Assembly (NCBI GenBank): GCA_001856825.1
Contig: ATMD01000001.1
Span: forward strand, 114,581-178,580
Origin: Thermoplasmatales archaeon I-plasma
GTDB lineage: Archaea; Thermoplasmatota; Thermoplasmata; Thermoplasmatales; GCA-001856825
Direction of reading: 5' to 3'
Length of the DNA stretch: 64,000 nt
The notes under the pieces are model-generated. The model did no database searches, was not told the origin of the DNA, and worked only from the letters and a program-made list of their open reading frames with translations. The position numbers and the translations under genes were made by a program. Of the stretch, positions 1 through 11,186 are shown piece after piece (the stretch's first letter is position 1; the number at the start of each line of letters is the position of its first letter).

Positions 1-93
1 GGCGTGGTGCTCACGAACATGAACAACCCCTGGCAGGCGCTGGTAATTTTCTACATTCCATCAAACTCGCCACAAACGTATTTAATCTACTGA
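1..93 (+). CDS. 3' end of an upstream CDS (partial), ...GVVLTNMNNPWQALVIFYIPSNSPQTYLIY*
   Basis: Frame 1 is open from the window edge to TGA at 91-93; product not recognisable. Confidence 0.5.
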   Translation, partial: GVVLTNMNNPWQALVIFYIPSNSPQTYLIY

Positions 94-171
94 AGTGCTA
101 GGCCGGTGCTGTGTTATTCAGACCGGATGACTGCTACCTACCATTTTAATAGGAAGTGATATTTCACCAAT

Positions 172-1608
172 ATGGTTGAGTATGACGTAATAGTTGCAGG
201 AGCAGGAGTATCTGGTGCCACGGCTGCAGCTATGGCGGGGAAGCTTGGAAAGAAAGTATTGCTCATAGACAGGAATTCTGAAATGGAGCCAGGAAAGAAG
301 ACAGTCTGGGGCTGGGTCTGTGGCGATGCAGTTGCAAAATCTCACATCACGTACGTTCAAAAGAATCTGGGCAACACGTTCAGCAGTGAAGCCCTCGGGC
401 TTGCTGTTGATGGTGTGGTTGCCCTATCGCCAGATCTCGGTTACAAGCTGCCATTCGATGGGGAAGGGTACAGCCTGGAGAGGCCCCTATTTGGGAAGGC
501 ACTTTTCGACGAGGCTATAAAGAACGGTGCTGAGTTCAAGGGAAAGTTCAGCGTAGAAGGACCTATAATCGAGGACAACAAGGTAAGAGGGGTATTCGGC
601 AAGAATGAGAAGGGGGAGGAAGAGAAAATCAGGGGAAAGGTTACTATAGATGCACTGGGAATAGCTTCCCTCCTCAGAAGGAAACTGCCCGAGAATCCTT
701 ACATTGACAAGGAAATCGACTATGAGGACCTGGAGCTGACTGGCAGGTTCATATACAAGACAGAAGACTCGTTTGATGATCCAAAGTATTACGACAAGAA
801 GAACGCTCTCATACACCTTAACCAGCAGATGGCTCCCGGAGGGTACGGATGGGTCTTCCCCAAGACTGAAGGGAGGGTCAACGTGGGGCTAGGAGTGCAG
901 CACAAGAGCCTGGAACTCAGGAACAAGAAATTCGGTGCAAATGACAACCTGAAGTCGCTGATAGAGAAGTACGTGAAATGGAATCCGCTTTTCAAGAATT
1001 ATAAACTGGATAATACCAGCAGGAATGGCGAAGGTTACTGGAGCGTTAGCGTCAGGAGACAGATGGAGGGGATGGTATACCCGGGATACATAGGTGTGGG
1101 CGATTCAATGGCATCTGCAAATCCTTTGAGTGCGGGAGGGATAGGACCGGCATTGATTGGCGGTATTCTTGCAGGTAGGGCAGCCTCTAAGGCAGTTGAA
1201 TCAGGTGATACAAGCCTGGAGGGGCTGTGGGACTACAACCTGGATTACGTTAAGCAGTACGGCAAGAGCATGGCAGGAATGGAGGTGTTCAGGATATTCC
1301 TACAATCCATGAACAACCAGGACATAGATTACGGTATGAAGAGCTTCATAACTTACGAGGAGGCAGTGGAAATAACGTACGGCAGGATACCAGAATTGTC
1401 ACTGACAAAGAAGGTCAGCAAACTTGTGAGGGGCGTTGGTGCCCTAAGAACATTCAAGGACTTGGTATGGACAACGCAGAAGATGAAGGAGCTAAATGCA
1501 ATTTATGCTGATTACCCAAGGTCTCCAAAGGAGTTCCCAGAGTTCAAGAAGAAGGTGGTCTCAATTATAAATGAGGCTAAGTCGAGGATGCCTTCTTCCC
1601 CCGTGTGA
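172..1608 (+). CDS. Geranylgeranyl reductase family FAD-dependent oxidoreductase (digeranylgeranylglycerophospholipid reductase-like)
   Basis: GAGVSG Rossmann motif, CGDA, PGGYGWVFP, GD...PLSAGGI. Confidence 0.85.
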   Translation: MVEYDVIVAGAGVSGATAAAMAGKLGKKVLLIDRNSEMEPGKKTVWGWVCGDAVAKSHITYVQKNLGNTFSSEALGLAVDGVVALSPDLGYKLPFDGEGYSLERPLFGKALFDEAIKNGAEFKGKFSVEGPIIEDNKVRGVFGKNEKGEEEKIRGKVTIDALGIASLLRRKLPENPYIDKEIDYEDLELTGRFIYKTEDSFDDPKYYDKKNALIHLNQQMAPGGYGWVFPKTEGRVNVGLGVQHKSLELRNKKFGANDNLKSLIEKYVKWNPLFKNYKLDNTSRNGEGYWSVSVRRQMEGMVYPGYIGVGDSMASANPLSAGGIGPALIGGILAGRAASKAVESGDTSLEGLWDYNLDYVKQYGKSMAGMEVFRIFLQSMNNQDIDYGMKSFITYEEAVEITYGRIPELSLTKKVSKLVRGVGALRTFKDLVWTTQKMKELNAIYADYPRSPKEFPEFKKKVVSIINEAKSRMPSSPV

Positions 1609-1626
1609 TTAAGGGCAGTTGAAACT

Positions 1627-2097
1627 TCACCTCTTAACCGAGTGTTTCAGCAGGCTCCCTTCCTTCACCTTCGATTTGCAGTATTCATAGAGTGCATCGT
1701 ACAGCGGGAACTGCATCCTCATATTCTCGAAGTCGTCTTTAGCAATGAGGTTGAATCCTGTTGCTGCAGCCTCAAGTCCGGCAGACTCAGGCGGTGCATC
1801 CGGAATAGAGGCATCAGCCCCCCTTACTATTTTTGCAAGTTCAAGGAGCGCATCATCTCTCAGTTTATATTTCCGTATGATTGAATCGAAGGTGACAAAT
1901 TCATAATCCCCCTCCTTGTAATGGAAGAGTTCTGCTCCCGGTGTGTCGAACGGTATGGCACCTGTTCTCTTGGCTTCCTCAATTACCCTGTCTCTTGGTA
2001 CGAATAAAAAAACTGCATCAGGATCGACAAACTTCCTAATGAGCCAGGGGCATGCAATCCTGTCGACCCTTGCCTTCTCTCTTGTGATCCACTTCAT
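1627..2097 (-). CDS. Chromate resistance ChrB C-terminal-domain protein
   Basis: MKWITRE..VDRIACPWLIRKFVD..A.F, PFD..GA, TFD, PESAGL signature; start moved to ATG 2097. Confidence 0.8.
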   Translation of the reverse strand: MKWITREKARVDRIACPWLIRKFVDPDAVFLFVPRDRVIEEAKRTGAIPFDTPGAELFHYKEGDYEFVTFDSIIRKYKLRDDALLELAKIVRGADASIPDAPPESAGLEAAATGFNLIAKDDFENMRMQFPLYDALYEYCKSKVKEGSLLKHSVKR

Positions 2098-2238
2098 ATA
2101 TTTTTGAATGTCACGGTGATATAATAGATTATATGGAAAGAGAAGAGGCATAACCAGTAGCGGCAGTCTATTGGACATTTGAGGCAATTATATGTGGGCA
2201 GGCAGGCCCAAAGAATAGTAGCTGAATAGTATATGAAA

Positions 2239-2252
2239 CAGCTTATAAGCTG
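2239..2252. promoter_or_regulatory. Perfect 14-bp palindrome CAGCTTATAAGCTG centred on a TATA-like TTATAA upstream of the MFS gene
   Basis: Self-complementary sequence read directly. Confidence 0.45.
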
Positions 2253-2258
2253 GGCTTT

Positions 2259-3734
2259 ATGTGGGGAGCAATGAATTCAAGTCCACCTGTTGCACACAGT
2301 GGCAAAGAAAATCTGATCCTCTCAGTCATCGTCATAGGGTCGTTGATGGCATCCATAGACTCGACAATAGTTCTGCTGGCATTCCCCGCCATCACATCAG
2401 CGCTCCATTCCACCATATCAACAGTAATCTGGGTCATACTGATCTACATGATAGTAACTGCAGTTTTCTCCACCCAGTTCGGTAGAATAGGGGACATATA
2501 TGGCAGGGCAAGGACTTTCAACCTCGGGTTTGCAGTTTTCACGATATCATCATTTCTCTGCGGTGTGGCGCCAACTGACGTCATACTCATAATTTTCAGG
2601 GCTATTCAGGCTGTTGGGGGAGCGTTAATATCTTCTAACAGCGGTGCGATCATAGCAGACACCTTCCCTAGAAACAAGATAGGAAGGGCCTACGGATTCA
2701 CGTCAATGAGCTGGAATATAGGGGCACTTCTGGGGATATTGCTGGGAGGATTCATAACCACATTCATAGGGTACAGGTACATATTCTTCATAAATGTCCC
2801 GATAGGAATTCTTGCAACAATTCTCGGTCTTAGGTACATAGAGGACAACGCCAGGGTGAAGGAGGTTCTTGACATCCCCGGCATGGCTCTTCTCGGGATA
2901 GCCGTTGCACTGGTCTCCTATTCTGGAATAGACTATGCATCTTCAGGTTTCAGGCCGTTGAATGAAGTGACGCTTGTCGTTGGAATAATAGCTGCAATCG
3001 CGTTCCTGCTGGTTGAGAAGAAGGTCAAGGTACCCACCATAAACTTCTCAATGTTTAGGAACAAGATTTTCAAGAACTCCCTCCTAGCTTCCCTGTTCCA
3101 GGGGCTCGGATACATGGGTGTCACATTCCTGCTTATTATGTACCTGCAGGGTGTAAGGGGTTTCTCCCCTTACTTTGCTTCCCTTATACTCCTTCCTGCC
3201 TACCTGCTGAGCGGTATCCTTGCTCCTTTCATGGGTAGACTTTCCGACAAGCACGGCTCAATGGTCATTGCTACTTCAGGCATAACTCTGATGTCTGTAG
3301 GAGTTTTGCTCTACATATTGCTGCTAAGGACGAATTCATCTGTGTACCTTGTAATGTTAGGGTCAATAATCATGGGAATAGGCGGGGCGTTCTTCTGGCC
3401 TTCCAACCTAAGCGCTATAATGGCCAATGTCGCTCCTGAGCAGAGGGGTGCAGCTTCAGGGACGGCAAGGCTCCTAGGCAGCATTGGAATAATTGGGAGT
3501 TTCATAATAGCATTTGTTGCTGCAGCATCGGCTGTCCCCAGATACCTTGCATTTGCCATATTTGCGGGTACTTCAAACGTAATAGGCGGCATCGGCAAGG
3601 GGTTCGTGAACGGGATACATTATTCATTCATCGTCCTGATAGCGATGCTCGTCATATCCGGAATTTTTTCAATAACAAGAGGTGTCGAAAACAGGCACGA
3701 AAGACTTTATTCAAACGGGAAGGAACCATCCTGA
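2259..3734 (+). CDS. MFS transporter, DHA2/EmrB-QacA-like
   Basis: DSTIV..A.P motif, GRIGDIYGR motif A, second-half GRLSDKHG, many hydrophobic segments. Confidence 0.9.
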   Translation: MWGAMNSSPPVAHSGKENLILSVIVIGSLMASIDSTIVLLAFPAITSALHSTISTVIWVILIYMIVTAVFSTQFGRIGDIYGRARTFNLGFAVFTISSFLCGVAPTDVILIIFRAIQAVGGALISSNSGAIIADTFPRNKIGRAYGFTSMSWNIGALLGILLGGFITTFIGYRYIFFINVPIGILATILGLRYIEDNARVKEVLDIPGMALLGIAVALVSYSGIDYASSGFRPLNEVTLVVGIIAAIAFLLVEKKVKVPTINFSMFRNKIFKNSLLASLFQGLGYMGVTFLLIMYLQGVRGFSPYFASLILLPAYLLSGILAPFMGRLSDKHGSMVIATSGITLMSVGVLLYILLLRTNSSVYLVMLGSIIMGIGGAFFWPSNLSAIMANVAPEQRGAASGTARLLGSIGIIGSFIIAFVAAASAVPRYLAFAIFAGTSNVIGGIGKGFVNGIHYSFIVLIAMLVISGIFSITRGVENRHERLYSNGKEPS

Positions 3735-3804
3735 TGGATATCTGAACCCAAGTATCGCTACTGGTAGGCGCAGGAAGGGGAATGAAGCTTATAAAGAACA
3801 CCCT

Positions 3805-4698
3805 TCAGTGAATTATAACGAACAACAGATATGAGAGTAGCGTTCCTATTATCACGCCAGTGTTGAGGAAAGGAAGGCCCGGGGCAGGTTTCTTTACATT
3901 CCCCATTACAAGGTAGACCATTCCGACTATGCCTCCAACCAAAGGAAGAATCAGAAAGGGGACGAAGTGGCCTATCTTTATTCCATATATCGACGATGCC
4001 ACTACCATTATCCCAGGGAAAGCAACGTCACCAAATCCAAGTGCCATTACACTGTGCCCCTCAACCCCGTCTTCCGTAATCTGGATCTTACCCACTTCCT
4101 TGGAAAAATCAGTCGGAAATACGAAAAGCATCGGCAGGTCCTTGTCTATTGCAATCTTTGCAAGGTCTATCATGTGCTTTGTCTTATAGACGGATATGTA
4201 GTCATATATTGCGAATGCAGCAAGGAACACCGCAGCTGCCCATATACCAAGAATGAACCCAAGCACGAAAGCCATTCCAGACGTGAGGAAGAAGCCGGCT
4301 ATGTTGACAACGTACCACTTGTTGTTCAGTATGAGGGCAAGTACCATTATTACAGGTGCTGCTATAATGATAGCGTAATATTCATTGAGGGTATATGCAA
4401 TCACAAGTCCAAGGTAGTTCCAGATGTAGAAGACCATCAGGCCTATGACTGCTATGAACAGCCACTTGAGAAAATTCAGCCTGAATCTTCTAGCGAGCAG
4501 TATCAGAAGGACAGAAAATACAATCGCAGCAACAAGATAGTAAGCAACGTACCCAAACCCAGAAGTAGTGGTGCTCGCAGAAGTAGATGGCTCCACCTGA
4601 AGAGCTATACTTGCCAGATATACTGCGAAAATGGATGACAGTATGAACAGTATCAGGCTTGTGACCTGAGCAGATGGGAACTCTCGCTTCTCAGCCAT
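3805..4698 (-). CDS. Presenilin/SPP-family (GxGD) intramembrane aspartyl protease
   Basis: YD (AIYDYISV), LGFGD and PGL (PAL-like) motifs, multiple TM segments; start set at MAEKREF. Confidence 0.85.
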   Translation of the reverse strand: MAEKREFPSAQVTSLILFILSSIFAVYLASIALQVEPSTSASTTTSGFGYVAYYLVAAIVFSVLLILLARRFRLNFLKWLFIAVIGLMVFYIWNYLGLVIAYTLNEYYAIIIAAPVIMVLALILNNKWYVVNIAGFFLTSGMAFVLGFILGIWAAAVFLAAFAIYDYISVYKTKHMIDLAKIAIDKDLPMLFVFPTDFSKEVGKIQITEDGVEGHSVMALGFGDVAFPGIMVVASSIYGIKIGHFVPFLILPLVGGIVGMVYLVMGNVKKPAPGLPFLNTGVIIGTLLSYLLFVIIH

Positions 4699-4851
4699 TT
4701 CTTTTTCATTTCTCCCATAATTATTGAAAACTGTTATAGAGTTCACGATAAATGCTTTCCTATGACTATTAATAATGCGGGATTAGCAGATGATCTGTAC
4801 AGCAATATTGCAGACGCAGTCACGAGAAATTGATATACTTCCGTTACACTA

Positions 4852-5412
4852 ATGCCAATCATGCCTGTGAAGAAAATGGCAGGAAATCCCGGCAATCCGG
4901 AAATAAGGCAGCTCAATGCAAGTGGTCCATTCTCACCCCTTAAAAACAAGCTCATGCTATTTGGCCAGTTCGTAGGAGATTGGGACATAGTTGAAGCAAG
5001 GAGTCTTCAGGAGGATGGTTCATGGTTAGTTTCAAAGGGAGAATACCACTCCGGATGGATCCTTGGAGGGACTGCCATACAGGACGTTTGGAAGTCCAAT
5101 GACGATGGTATTGTAGATACAGGTGGAACGACCATCCACGTCTACGATCCCGACGCAGATTCATGGAATAGCATATGGATTTCACCCAACCAGGGAATAA
5201 TTAGAAGTTTCACAGGCAGGGAGAAAGGAAAGGAAATTGAACTTGAGTCCAGGGAGACCAGTCGGAAGCTCATGAGATGGATTTTCTATGACATTACCAG
5301 AGACTCTTTCAGGTGCAGATCAGAGAGCACCAATGACGCATGGAAAAGCTGGATAATCACGGAAGAGATTCTTCTTAAGAGGCAGAAACGCAGAGGAAGG
5401 AAGAAGCATTGA
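4852..5412 (+). CDS. Hypothetical protein, DUF1579-like beta-barrel (tentative)
   Basis: FGQFVGDW, ILGGTAIQDVW, GTT..YDP..W pattern recalled from bacterial hypothetical proteins. Confidence 0.6.
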   Translation: MPIMPVKKMAGNPGNPEIRQLNASGPFSPLKNKLMLFGQFVGDWDIVEARSLQEDGSWLVSKGEYHSGWILGGTAIQDVWKSNDDGIVDTGGTTIHVYDPDADSWNSIWISPNQGIIRSFTGREKGKEIELESRETSRKLMRWIFYDITRDSFRCRSESTNDAWKSWIITEEILLKRQKRRGRKKH

Positions 5413-5647
5413 TTGTATAATTTTCTGAAAAATGTAAAATCGTAGGGAGAACTATCGTCAATTTAACTGCTTATTCACTGGAAAGCAAATTGCGTTATGG
5501 AAAAATAGGGGGCTCCCAGCAGTCCTAGGCCCAATAAATCTATGCCCTAATTATCAATATTACCTTTGGGATGGCCTATTTCGTGAGGATTTTTAGTACA
5601 CAACCAATCGATGATAACATTATTATAGAAGTGCTAAATAAGGGAAA

Positions 5648-6130
5648 GTGCCAAATGTCTCCTACTATCGGTCTCTAAAGCATTCCCTATCAGAGTGTTC
5701 AGAAAGAGTCAAGGTGCTGGAGGAAAACATAGCTGAAAAGGAGAAGACGATCCAGGAAATGAAGGAACAAAACCTGAGGTTTTCCGCGGACCTCGACAAC
5801 TTCCAGAAGAGGATCAGCGAGGAGTCAATGAAGCTCTCGAAGTACGCATCTGAGAGGATCATCAGGGAGCTATTGCCTGTCCTTGACAGTCTTGAAAACG
5901 TCAAGGACGAAGGAACTCTTGCAATAAAGAGACAGATCGAGCAAATACTTCAGAAGGAGGGACTGGTTGCAATTGACGACAACAGCAAGTTTGATCCTAA
6001 CAGGCATGAAGCGATAGGGGTTGAAGATGGTGGTGAGGCAAACACCATCAAGAAAGTAGTGAGAAGAGGATATGCAATTGGAGACAGAGTGATAAGGCCA
6101 GAATTAGTAATTCTCAACAGAGGTGATTAA
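5648..6130 (+). CDS. grpE: Nucleotide exchange factor GrpE
   Basis: [35 protein letters not shown]; directly upstream of dnaK. Confidence 0.95.
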   Translation: MPNVSYYRSLKHSLSECSERVKVLEENIAEKEKTIQEMKEQNLRFSADLDNFQKRISEESMKLSKYASERIIRELLPVLDSLENVKDEGTLAIKRQIEQILQKEGLVAIDDNSKFDPNRHEAIGVEDGGEANTIKKVVRRGYAIGDRVIRPELVILNRGD

Positions 6131-6131
6131 A

Positions 6132-7979
6132 ATGGAAAAAATATTAGGTATAGATCTAGGGACAAGCAATTCGCAGGCAGCAGTGATGATAGCTGGCAAG
6201 CCGGTAGTGCTACCGAGCTCAGAAGGTACGACGCTTGGGGGGAAAGCATTCCCAAGCTACGTAGCATTTACGAAGAATGGGGAGCTGCTGGTTGGGGAGC
6301 CCGCAAGAAGGCAGGCGCTTACCAATCCGGAGGGGACAGTATATGCATTCAAGAGAAGAATGGGGGAAGATTACAAGTTCAAGATAAGGGGGAAGGAGTA
6401 CACACCCCAGCAGCTTTCAGCTTTCCTCCTGCAGAAGATAAAGGACGATGCTGAAAAATACCTGGGGGAGAAGATCAGTAAGGCAGTCATTACCGTCCCG
6501 GCTTATTTCAACGATAACCAGAGGCAGGCCACAAAGGATGCCGGGGCAATAGCAGGACTAGAAGTTGTGAGGATAATCAATGAACCGACAGCAGCAGCGC
6601 TTGCATATGGACTTGACAAGACGGAAGGTGAACACAGGATCATGGTATTCGACCTGGGCGGAGGAACACTCGATGTAACGATAATGGAATTCAGTTCAGG
6701 CGTATATGAAGTGCTTTCCACATCTGGCGACACGAAGCTTGGCGGAACAGACATGGATGAGGCTGTCATAAACTATCTTGCAACAAAGTTCCAGCAGGAA
6801 AACGGAATAGATCTGAGGAAGGACAAGAATTCTTATATCAGGCTGAAGGACGCTGCGGAGAAGGCCAAGATTGAGCTTTCTACCTCCCTTTCAACTGAGG
6901 TAAACCTTCCTTACATAACGAGCGGAGCAGACGGTCCAAAGCATCTGCTGATATCCATGACAAGGGCAGATTTGGAGAACCTTGTGAGGCCGATCATCGA
7001 AAGGTCTAGGAAGCCCATTGAGGAGGCCCTTAAGGGGGCAAAACTGTCAGCCTCCGACATAAGCAAGGTTATATTGGTGGGAGGTCCCACCAGGATGCCA
7101 ATTGTCAAGAAATTCGTAGAGGACATACTGGGCAAGAAGGTGGAAAGCGGTGTGGACCCAATGGAGTGTGTCGCAATAGGTGCTTCCATACAGGGGGCAG
7201 TCCTAGCAGGAGAGGTCAAGGGAATAGTTCTTTTGGACGTGACACCCCTTACGCTAAGCATAGAGACACTAGGAGGAGTGGCCACTCCACTTATAAGTGC
7301 AAATACAACAATCCCAACAAAGAAATCTCAAATATTTTCAACAGCCGCAGACAACCAAACGGCAGTTGAGATAGTTGTAGTGCAGGGGGAGAGACCTCTG
7401 GCTAAGGACAACACATCCCTCGGCAGGTTCATGCTTGAGGGAATACCTCCAGCACCGAGGGGGATGCCACAGATTGAGGTCACGTTCGATATAGATTCCA
7501 ATGGAATACTCAATGTAACTGCAAAGGACCTGGCAACAAACAAGCAACGTGGTATCACGATAACATCAAGCACAAAGCTCAGCAAGGAAGAGATCAACAG
7601 GATGAAGGAAGAAGCAAAGAAGTACGAAGAGGAAGACAAGAAGAAAAAGGAAGAGATCGAAACTATAAACAATGCAGAAAGTCTTTCATACTCAACTGAA
7701 AAGACACTTGCAGACTATGGTGACAAGATTCCACAGGATATCAAAGATAACATAAACGGTAAGCTGAAGGACCTGAAGGACGAGATACAGAAGAAGGACG
7801 TACAGGCAATAAAGGAAAAGATGGACATACTGACGAAGGAGATACAGAAGATTGGTGAATACATGTACAAGAACGTGAAGGCAGACGAGCAGCAATCACA
7901 ACAACAGGGTGAAGCGTCCTCTACGCCCAACCAAGGTGAGACGGAAATTCACGAAGATAAAGAAAATAAGGGTCAATGA
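6132..7979 (+). CDS. dnaK: Molecular chaperone DnaK (Hsp70)
   Basis: [41 protein letters not shown] before ATG 6132. Confidence 0.99.
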   Translation: MEKILGIDLGTSNSQAAVMIAGKPVVLPSSEGTTLGGKAFPSYVAFTKNGELLVGEPARRQALTNPEGTVYAFKRRMGEDYKFKIRGKEYTPQQLSAFLLQKIKDDAEKYLGEKISKAVITVPAYFNDNQRQATKDAGAIAGLEVVRIINEPTAAALAYGLDKTEGEHRIMVFDLGGGTLDVTIMEFSSGVYEVLSTSGDTKLGGTDMDEAVINYLATKFQQENGIDLRKDKNSYIRLKDAAEKAKIELSTSLSTEVNLPYITSGADGPKHLLISMTRADLENLVRPIIERSRKPIEEALKGAKLSASDISKVILVGGPTRMPIVKKFVEDILGKKVESGVDPMECVAIGASIQGAVLAGEVKGIVLLDVTPLTLSIETLGGVATPLISANTTIPTKKSQIFSTAADNQTAVEIVVVQGERPLAKDNTSLGRFMLEGIPPAPRGMPQIEVTFDIDSNGILNVTAKDLATNKQRGITITSSTKLSKEEINRMKEEAKKYEEEDKKKKEEIETINNAESLSYSTEKTLADYGDKIPQDIKDNINGKLKDLKDEIQKKDVQAIKEKMDILTKEIQKIGEYMYKNVKADEQQSQQQGEASSTPNQGETEIHEDKENKGQ

Positions 7980-7992
7980 ACTTCTGATCTGA

Positions 7993-9093
7993 ATGGGTAA
8001 GGATTACTACGCGGTACTGGGAGTGGACAGGAAGGCATCCAAGGATGACATCAAGAAGGCTTACAGGGAGTTAGCTAAAAAATACCACCCGGATCTAAAC
8101 CCCCAGAACAAGAAGGAAGCGGAAGAAAAATTCAAGGAAATCAGCGAAGCGTACGAAGTCCTCATGGACGACCAGAAGAGGGCGAGGTTCGACCAGTACG
8201 GCGAAGAGGGGGTTAAGTTCCAGGGTGGATTTGACTGGAACCAGTTCCATCATTACCAGGACATCCAGGACATATTCGGTGACCTGTTCTCCCAATTTGG
8301 ATTCGGAGGGGGATTTGGCAACCCATTCGGAGGCTTCTCAAGCCAGCAGAGGGAACTGAGGGGCTCTGACGCGTATGTGGAAATACCCATAGACATAAGG
8401 AGAATAGCTAGGAACGAGAGGATCGAGGTATACTACTTCAGGGAGATGAAGTGCGAGGAGTGCGACGGTACTGGCTCAGCTACAAAGAAACTTCTGACCT
8501 GCCCTACTTGCAGGGGGAGGGGGTACGTCGAAAGGTCGTCCAACCAGGGGTTCATCCTCTTCAGGACGACTGAGGTATGCAGGACCTGCAACGGAAGGGG
8601 AAAGGTACCGGAAAAGGTGTGCCATGTATGTTCAGGTTCCGGGTTTGTAAGGAAGAAGGACAAGATAGAAATCACGCCTCCAGCGGGCATTAATGAGGAT
8701 GAGATATACATCCTCAGGGGAAAGGGGAATTTCAGGCCAGGTGGATCTGGTGACCTGAGAATCAAGTTTGACATAGACTACATGGAATTCAGGAGAGAGG
8801 GCGATAACCTGGAGAAGGACATTGATGTTGATTTCATCGATGCAATTATCGGCGGGAAAGTGAAGGTGTCACTCCTTCGTGGGGAAAAGGAAATAGACAT
8901 TCCATCAGGAACACAACCTGGTGAAAGGATCGTGCTAAAGGGCGAAGGAATACAGAAGAAGAGTGGCAAAGGGAATGCGGACGTTATACTTCGTGCAAGG
9001 GTACAGCTACCGAAGAAGATATCGAAGAAACAGCGGGAACTCCTTGAACAGTTCAGGAATGAGAAAGGCTTCTTCTCTCAATTTCACTTGTGA
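7993..9093 (+). CDS. dnaJ: Chaperone DnaJ
   Basis: J-domain HPD, G/F-rich linker, four CxxCxGxG repeats. Confidence 0.98.
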   Translation: MGKDYYAVLGVDRKASKDDIKKAYRELAKKYHPDLNPQNKKEAEEKFKEISEAYEVLMDDQKRARFDQYGEEGVKFQGGFDWNQFHHYQDIQDIFGDLFSQFGFGGGFGNPFGGFSSQQRELRGSDAYVEIPIDIRRIARNERIEVYYFREMKCEECDGTGSATKKLLTCPTCRGRGYVERSSNQGFILFRTTEVCRTCNGRGKVPEKVCHVCSGSGFVRKKDKIEITPPAGINEDEIYILRGKGNFRPGGSGDLRIKFDIDYMEFRREGDNLEKDIDVDFIDAIIGGKVKVSLLRGEKEIDIPSGTQPGERIVLKGEGIQKKSGKGNADVILRARVQLPKKISKKQRELLEQFRNEKGFFSQFHL

Positions 9094-9782
9094 AGGGAGA
9101 AGTACATCCTCTTGTTGTTTTTCCCCTTGTTCTCCGTCTTGTAAATGTCAATGGTCCCCACTTCTGAAGTATTCTTCACGTGGGTACCACCGTCTGGCTG
9201 CATGTCTATTTCTCCAATCTTCACAACCCTTAGCATTTCTGATGACGGAAGCAGCCTTGGGTCTACCTTGAGTGCACCTTCCACGTTCAGTATTTCTTCC
9301 CTCTTCATTGAAAGCACAGTGACTTCTTGATTCTTGAGCAGTTCTTCATTCACCCTGTCCTGCAACAATTTTGATATGTTGTTGTTCCAGTCCTTGAAGT
9401 TGAAGTCTATCCTTGAATATTCCTGGCTGATCTGGTTCCCAGTTATCATCGCGCCAAATTCTCTCATTGCAATGGAGGAAACTACGTGAATCGCAGTATG
9501 ATGCCTCATGTGCTTGTACCTCCTTTCCCAGTCTATCTTCAACCTGACCTTCTCCCCTATTGACGGGTGGGGATCGGTAATGTGCACTATTTCTTCCCTC
9601 TTTGCCACATCCTTTACCACGTACTCTCTCCCCCCTTCAATAACTCCTAGATCTGATGGCTGACCACCTGCAGCCGCATAGAAAATAGTCCTGTCAAGTA
9701 CCACTCCCTCCCCAACTTCTACCACCTCAGCATCCATTTCCTTAATATATGAGTCTTCCAGATACACTTGAACGGTCTTCAT
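9084..9782 (-). CDS. alaX: Alanyl-tRNA editing protein AlaX-M
   Basis: [21 protein letters not shown]. Confidence 0.9.
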   Translation of the reverse strand: MKTVQVYLEDSYIKEMDAEVVEVGEGVVLDRTIFYAAAGGQPSDLGVIEGGREYVVKDVAKREEIVHITDPHPSIGEKVRLKIDWERRYKHMRHHTAIHVVSSIAMREFGAMITGNQISQEYSRIDFNFKDWNNNISKLLQDRVNEELLKNQEVTVLSMKREEILNVEGALKVDPRLLPSSEMLRVVKIGEIDMQPDGGTHVKNTSEVGTIDIYKTENKGKNNKRMYFSLHK

Positions 9783-9784
9783 TT

Positions 9785-10681
9785 TCAAACACCAATGAAC
9801 GGTATCAGTAATGAGAAGATAGCGATAAATACAAAAAATATTCCTATGAAAATGTTTGTTGAAACGAAGAGTTTCATTATCCTTCTTTCCGGATCTGCAA
9901 GTGCCCTGAGGTACGAAACCAGCAAAGATATTCCAAGCAGCAGGTAAACTGCAAATACCAAAATCCCTACGTAAGAACTGAAGTAATCCCTGAATTCATA
10001 ACCAGTCAAGACCGTTACCAGCACCGCTAGAACTGCTATGGGAAAGAGGACTCTCATTGACTGTTTTGTCGTCCTCCTCACTGGGAGCATCGGAACTGAG
10101 GCAGCAGCATAGTCATCCTTGTACTTTATTGAAAGGGACCAAATATGAAGAGGTGTCCATATGAATATGGTGAGGAACATAAGAATCGCAACAATGTTGT
10201 AAGATGATGTGAAGGCGTAGAAACCAGCAAGCAATGGAGCTCCCCCAGAGTATGCTCCCAGAATGATGTTCCAGGAGGTCCTCTTCTTTGATATCAGGGA
10301 ATATATAATGGTATAATCGAATATTCCAGTTGCCATGAACACCAGGGACCAGAGGGACCTGAAAGCGGCAAGTATTAAGGTTGCGATAATGAGTATAGAT
10401 CCCCCATAAAGGGCAACACCAGGTTTCATCCTCCCAGAAGGAAGGGCTCTGTTCATTGTCCTCTTCATCTTCCTGTCAATGGATAGGTCGAAATAATTTG
10501 ACACAGATTCTGCTCCCATTAGCCCTAGTGCGATATACAATGCCACATAGAAGAACCCAATTACATTGAGGCTCCTCAGGATGCTGAGGGCGAATACTTC
10601 CCCTGCGATTCCTGTAATCAAGAGGAACACCCAAACCCTGGGTTTCGTCATGATTATGAAATCGACTATGGAGTTTCCCAT
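9785..10681 (-). CDS. cyoE: Protoheme IX farnesyltransferase (heme O synthase)
   Basis: TKPR, D..ID..M.RT..R.LPSG, WTPLH, DDY.AA.VPMLP. Confidence 0.93.
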   Translation of the reverse strand: MGNSIVDFIIMTKPRVWVFLLITGIAGEVFALSILRSLNVIGFFYVALYIALGLMGAESVSNYFDLSIDRKMKRTMNRALPSGRMKPGVALYGGSILIIATLILAAFRSLWSLVFMATGIFDYTIIYSLISKKRTSWNIILGAYSGGAPLLAGFYAFTSSYNIVAILMFLTIFIWTPLHIWSLSIKYKDDYAAASVPMLPVRRTTKQSMRVLFPIAVLAVLVTVLTGYEFRDYFSSYVGILVFAVYLLLGISLLVSYLRALADPERRIMKLFVSTNIFIGIFFVFIAIFSLLIPFIGV

Positions 10682-10931
10682 TGTCAGGGTAGTATGGGAC
10701 GCTATAAATTAATGATGTTTTAGGTCGAACGAACCACCTAATGTCCCCTCAAATTAGAAAATCGGACGATCAAAAGTTTGCGATATGAGTCAGTCTATCG
10801 GTGGAAAGGTATTCAGGAATACAAAAGAAGAATTGACACGTTCTACGGGTTGGGAGACACCGCTGAATTGCCCCGATGCTAATAGCCATTATCTTCCATT
10901 CCAGTCAAAATTTGAACGCTCTAGATGACGC

Positions 10932-10945
10932 CAAAGAATATATAA
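10932..10945 (+). promoter_or_regulatory. BRE/TATA promoter (CAAAGAA-TATATAA) for tRNA-Ala
   Basis: Purine-rich element followed by a TATA box about 50 nt upstream of the tRNA. Confidence 0.5.
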
Positions 10946-10993
10946 TGACGTTAGATGCAGATTAGTTCTCCTCCGCAAGGGGATTAAAAATGA

Positions 10994-11065
10994 GGGCTGG
11001 TAGATCAGCGGAAGATCGCCTCCTTGGCATGGAGGAGGCCCGGGGTTCAAATCCCCGCCAGTCCA
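10994..11065 (+). tRNA. tRNA-Ala(GGC)
   Basis: Acceptor GGGCTGG/CCAGTCC with G3:U70; anticodon arm CCTCC-TTGGCAT-GGAGG; T-loop GTTCAAATC; CCA not encoded. Confidence 0.97.
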
Positions 11066-11186
11066 TTCTGGGCTATTACAGTTCGTTAAATCAATACTAT
11101 CCATAAATTCTTTGTCCAGGCCAATTCTAGAATTCTCGAAATTCAGTCACTTGCTGCTTATGTAAAATTATTGAGAAATTGCTCCA

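Noticed and set aside
100..145. GGATGACTGCTAC resembling the 3' end of a fluoride riboswitch
   Set aside because: The 5' GGCGATG stem and pseudoknot partner are absent
3967..4638. 223-aa + strand ORF
   Set aside because: Antisense shadow of the hydrophobic presenilin gene with implausible composition
5593..5637. CIRCE element upstream of grpE
   Set aside because: Half-sites are imperfect and about 27 nt apart rather than 9; no hrcA seen
10785..10928. 47-codon ORF upstream of tRNA-Ala
   Set aside because: No recognisable motif or convincing SD; consistent with chance
10889..11104. 71-aa minus-strand ORF
   Set aside because: It is the antisense of tRNA-Ala
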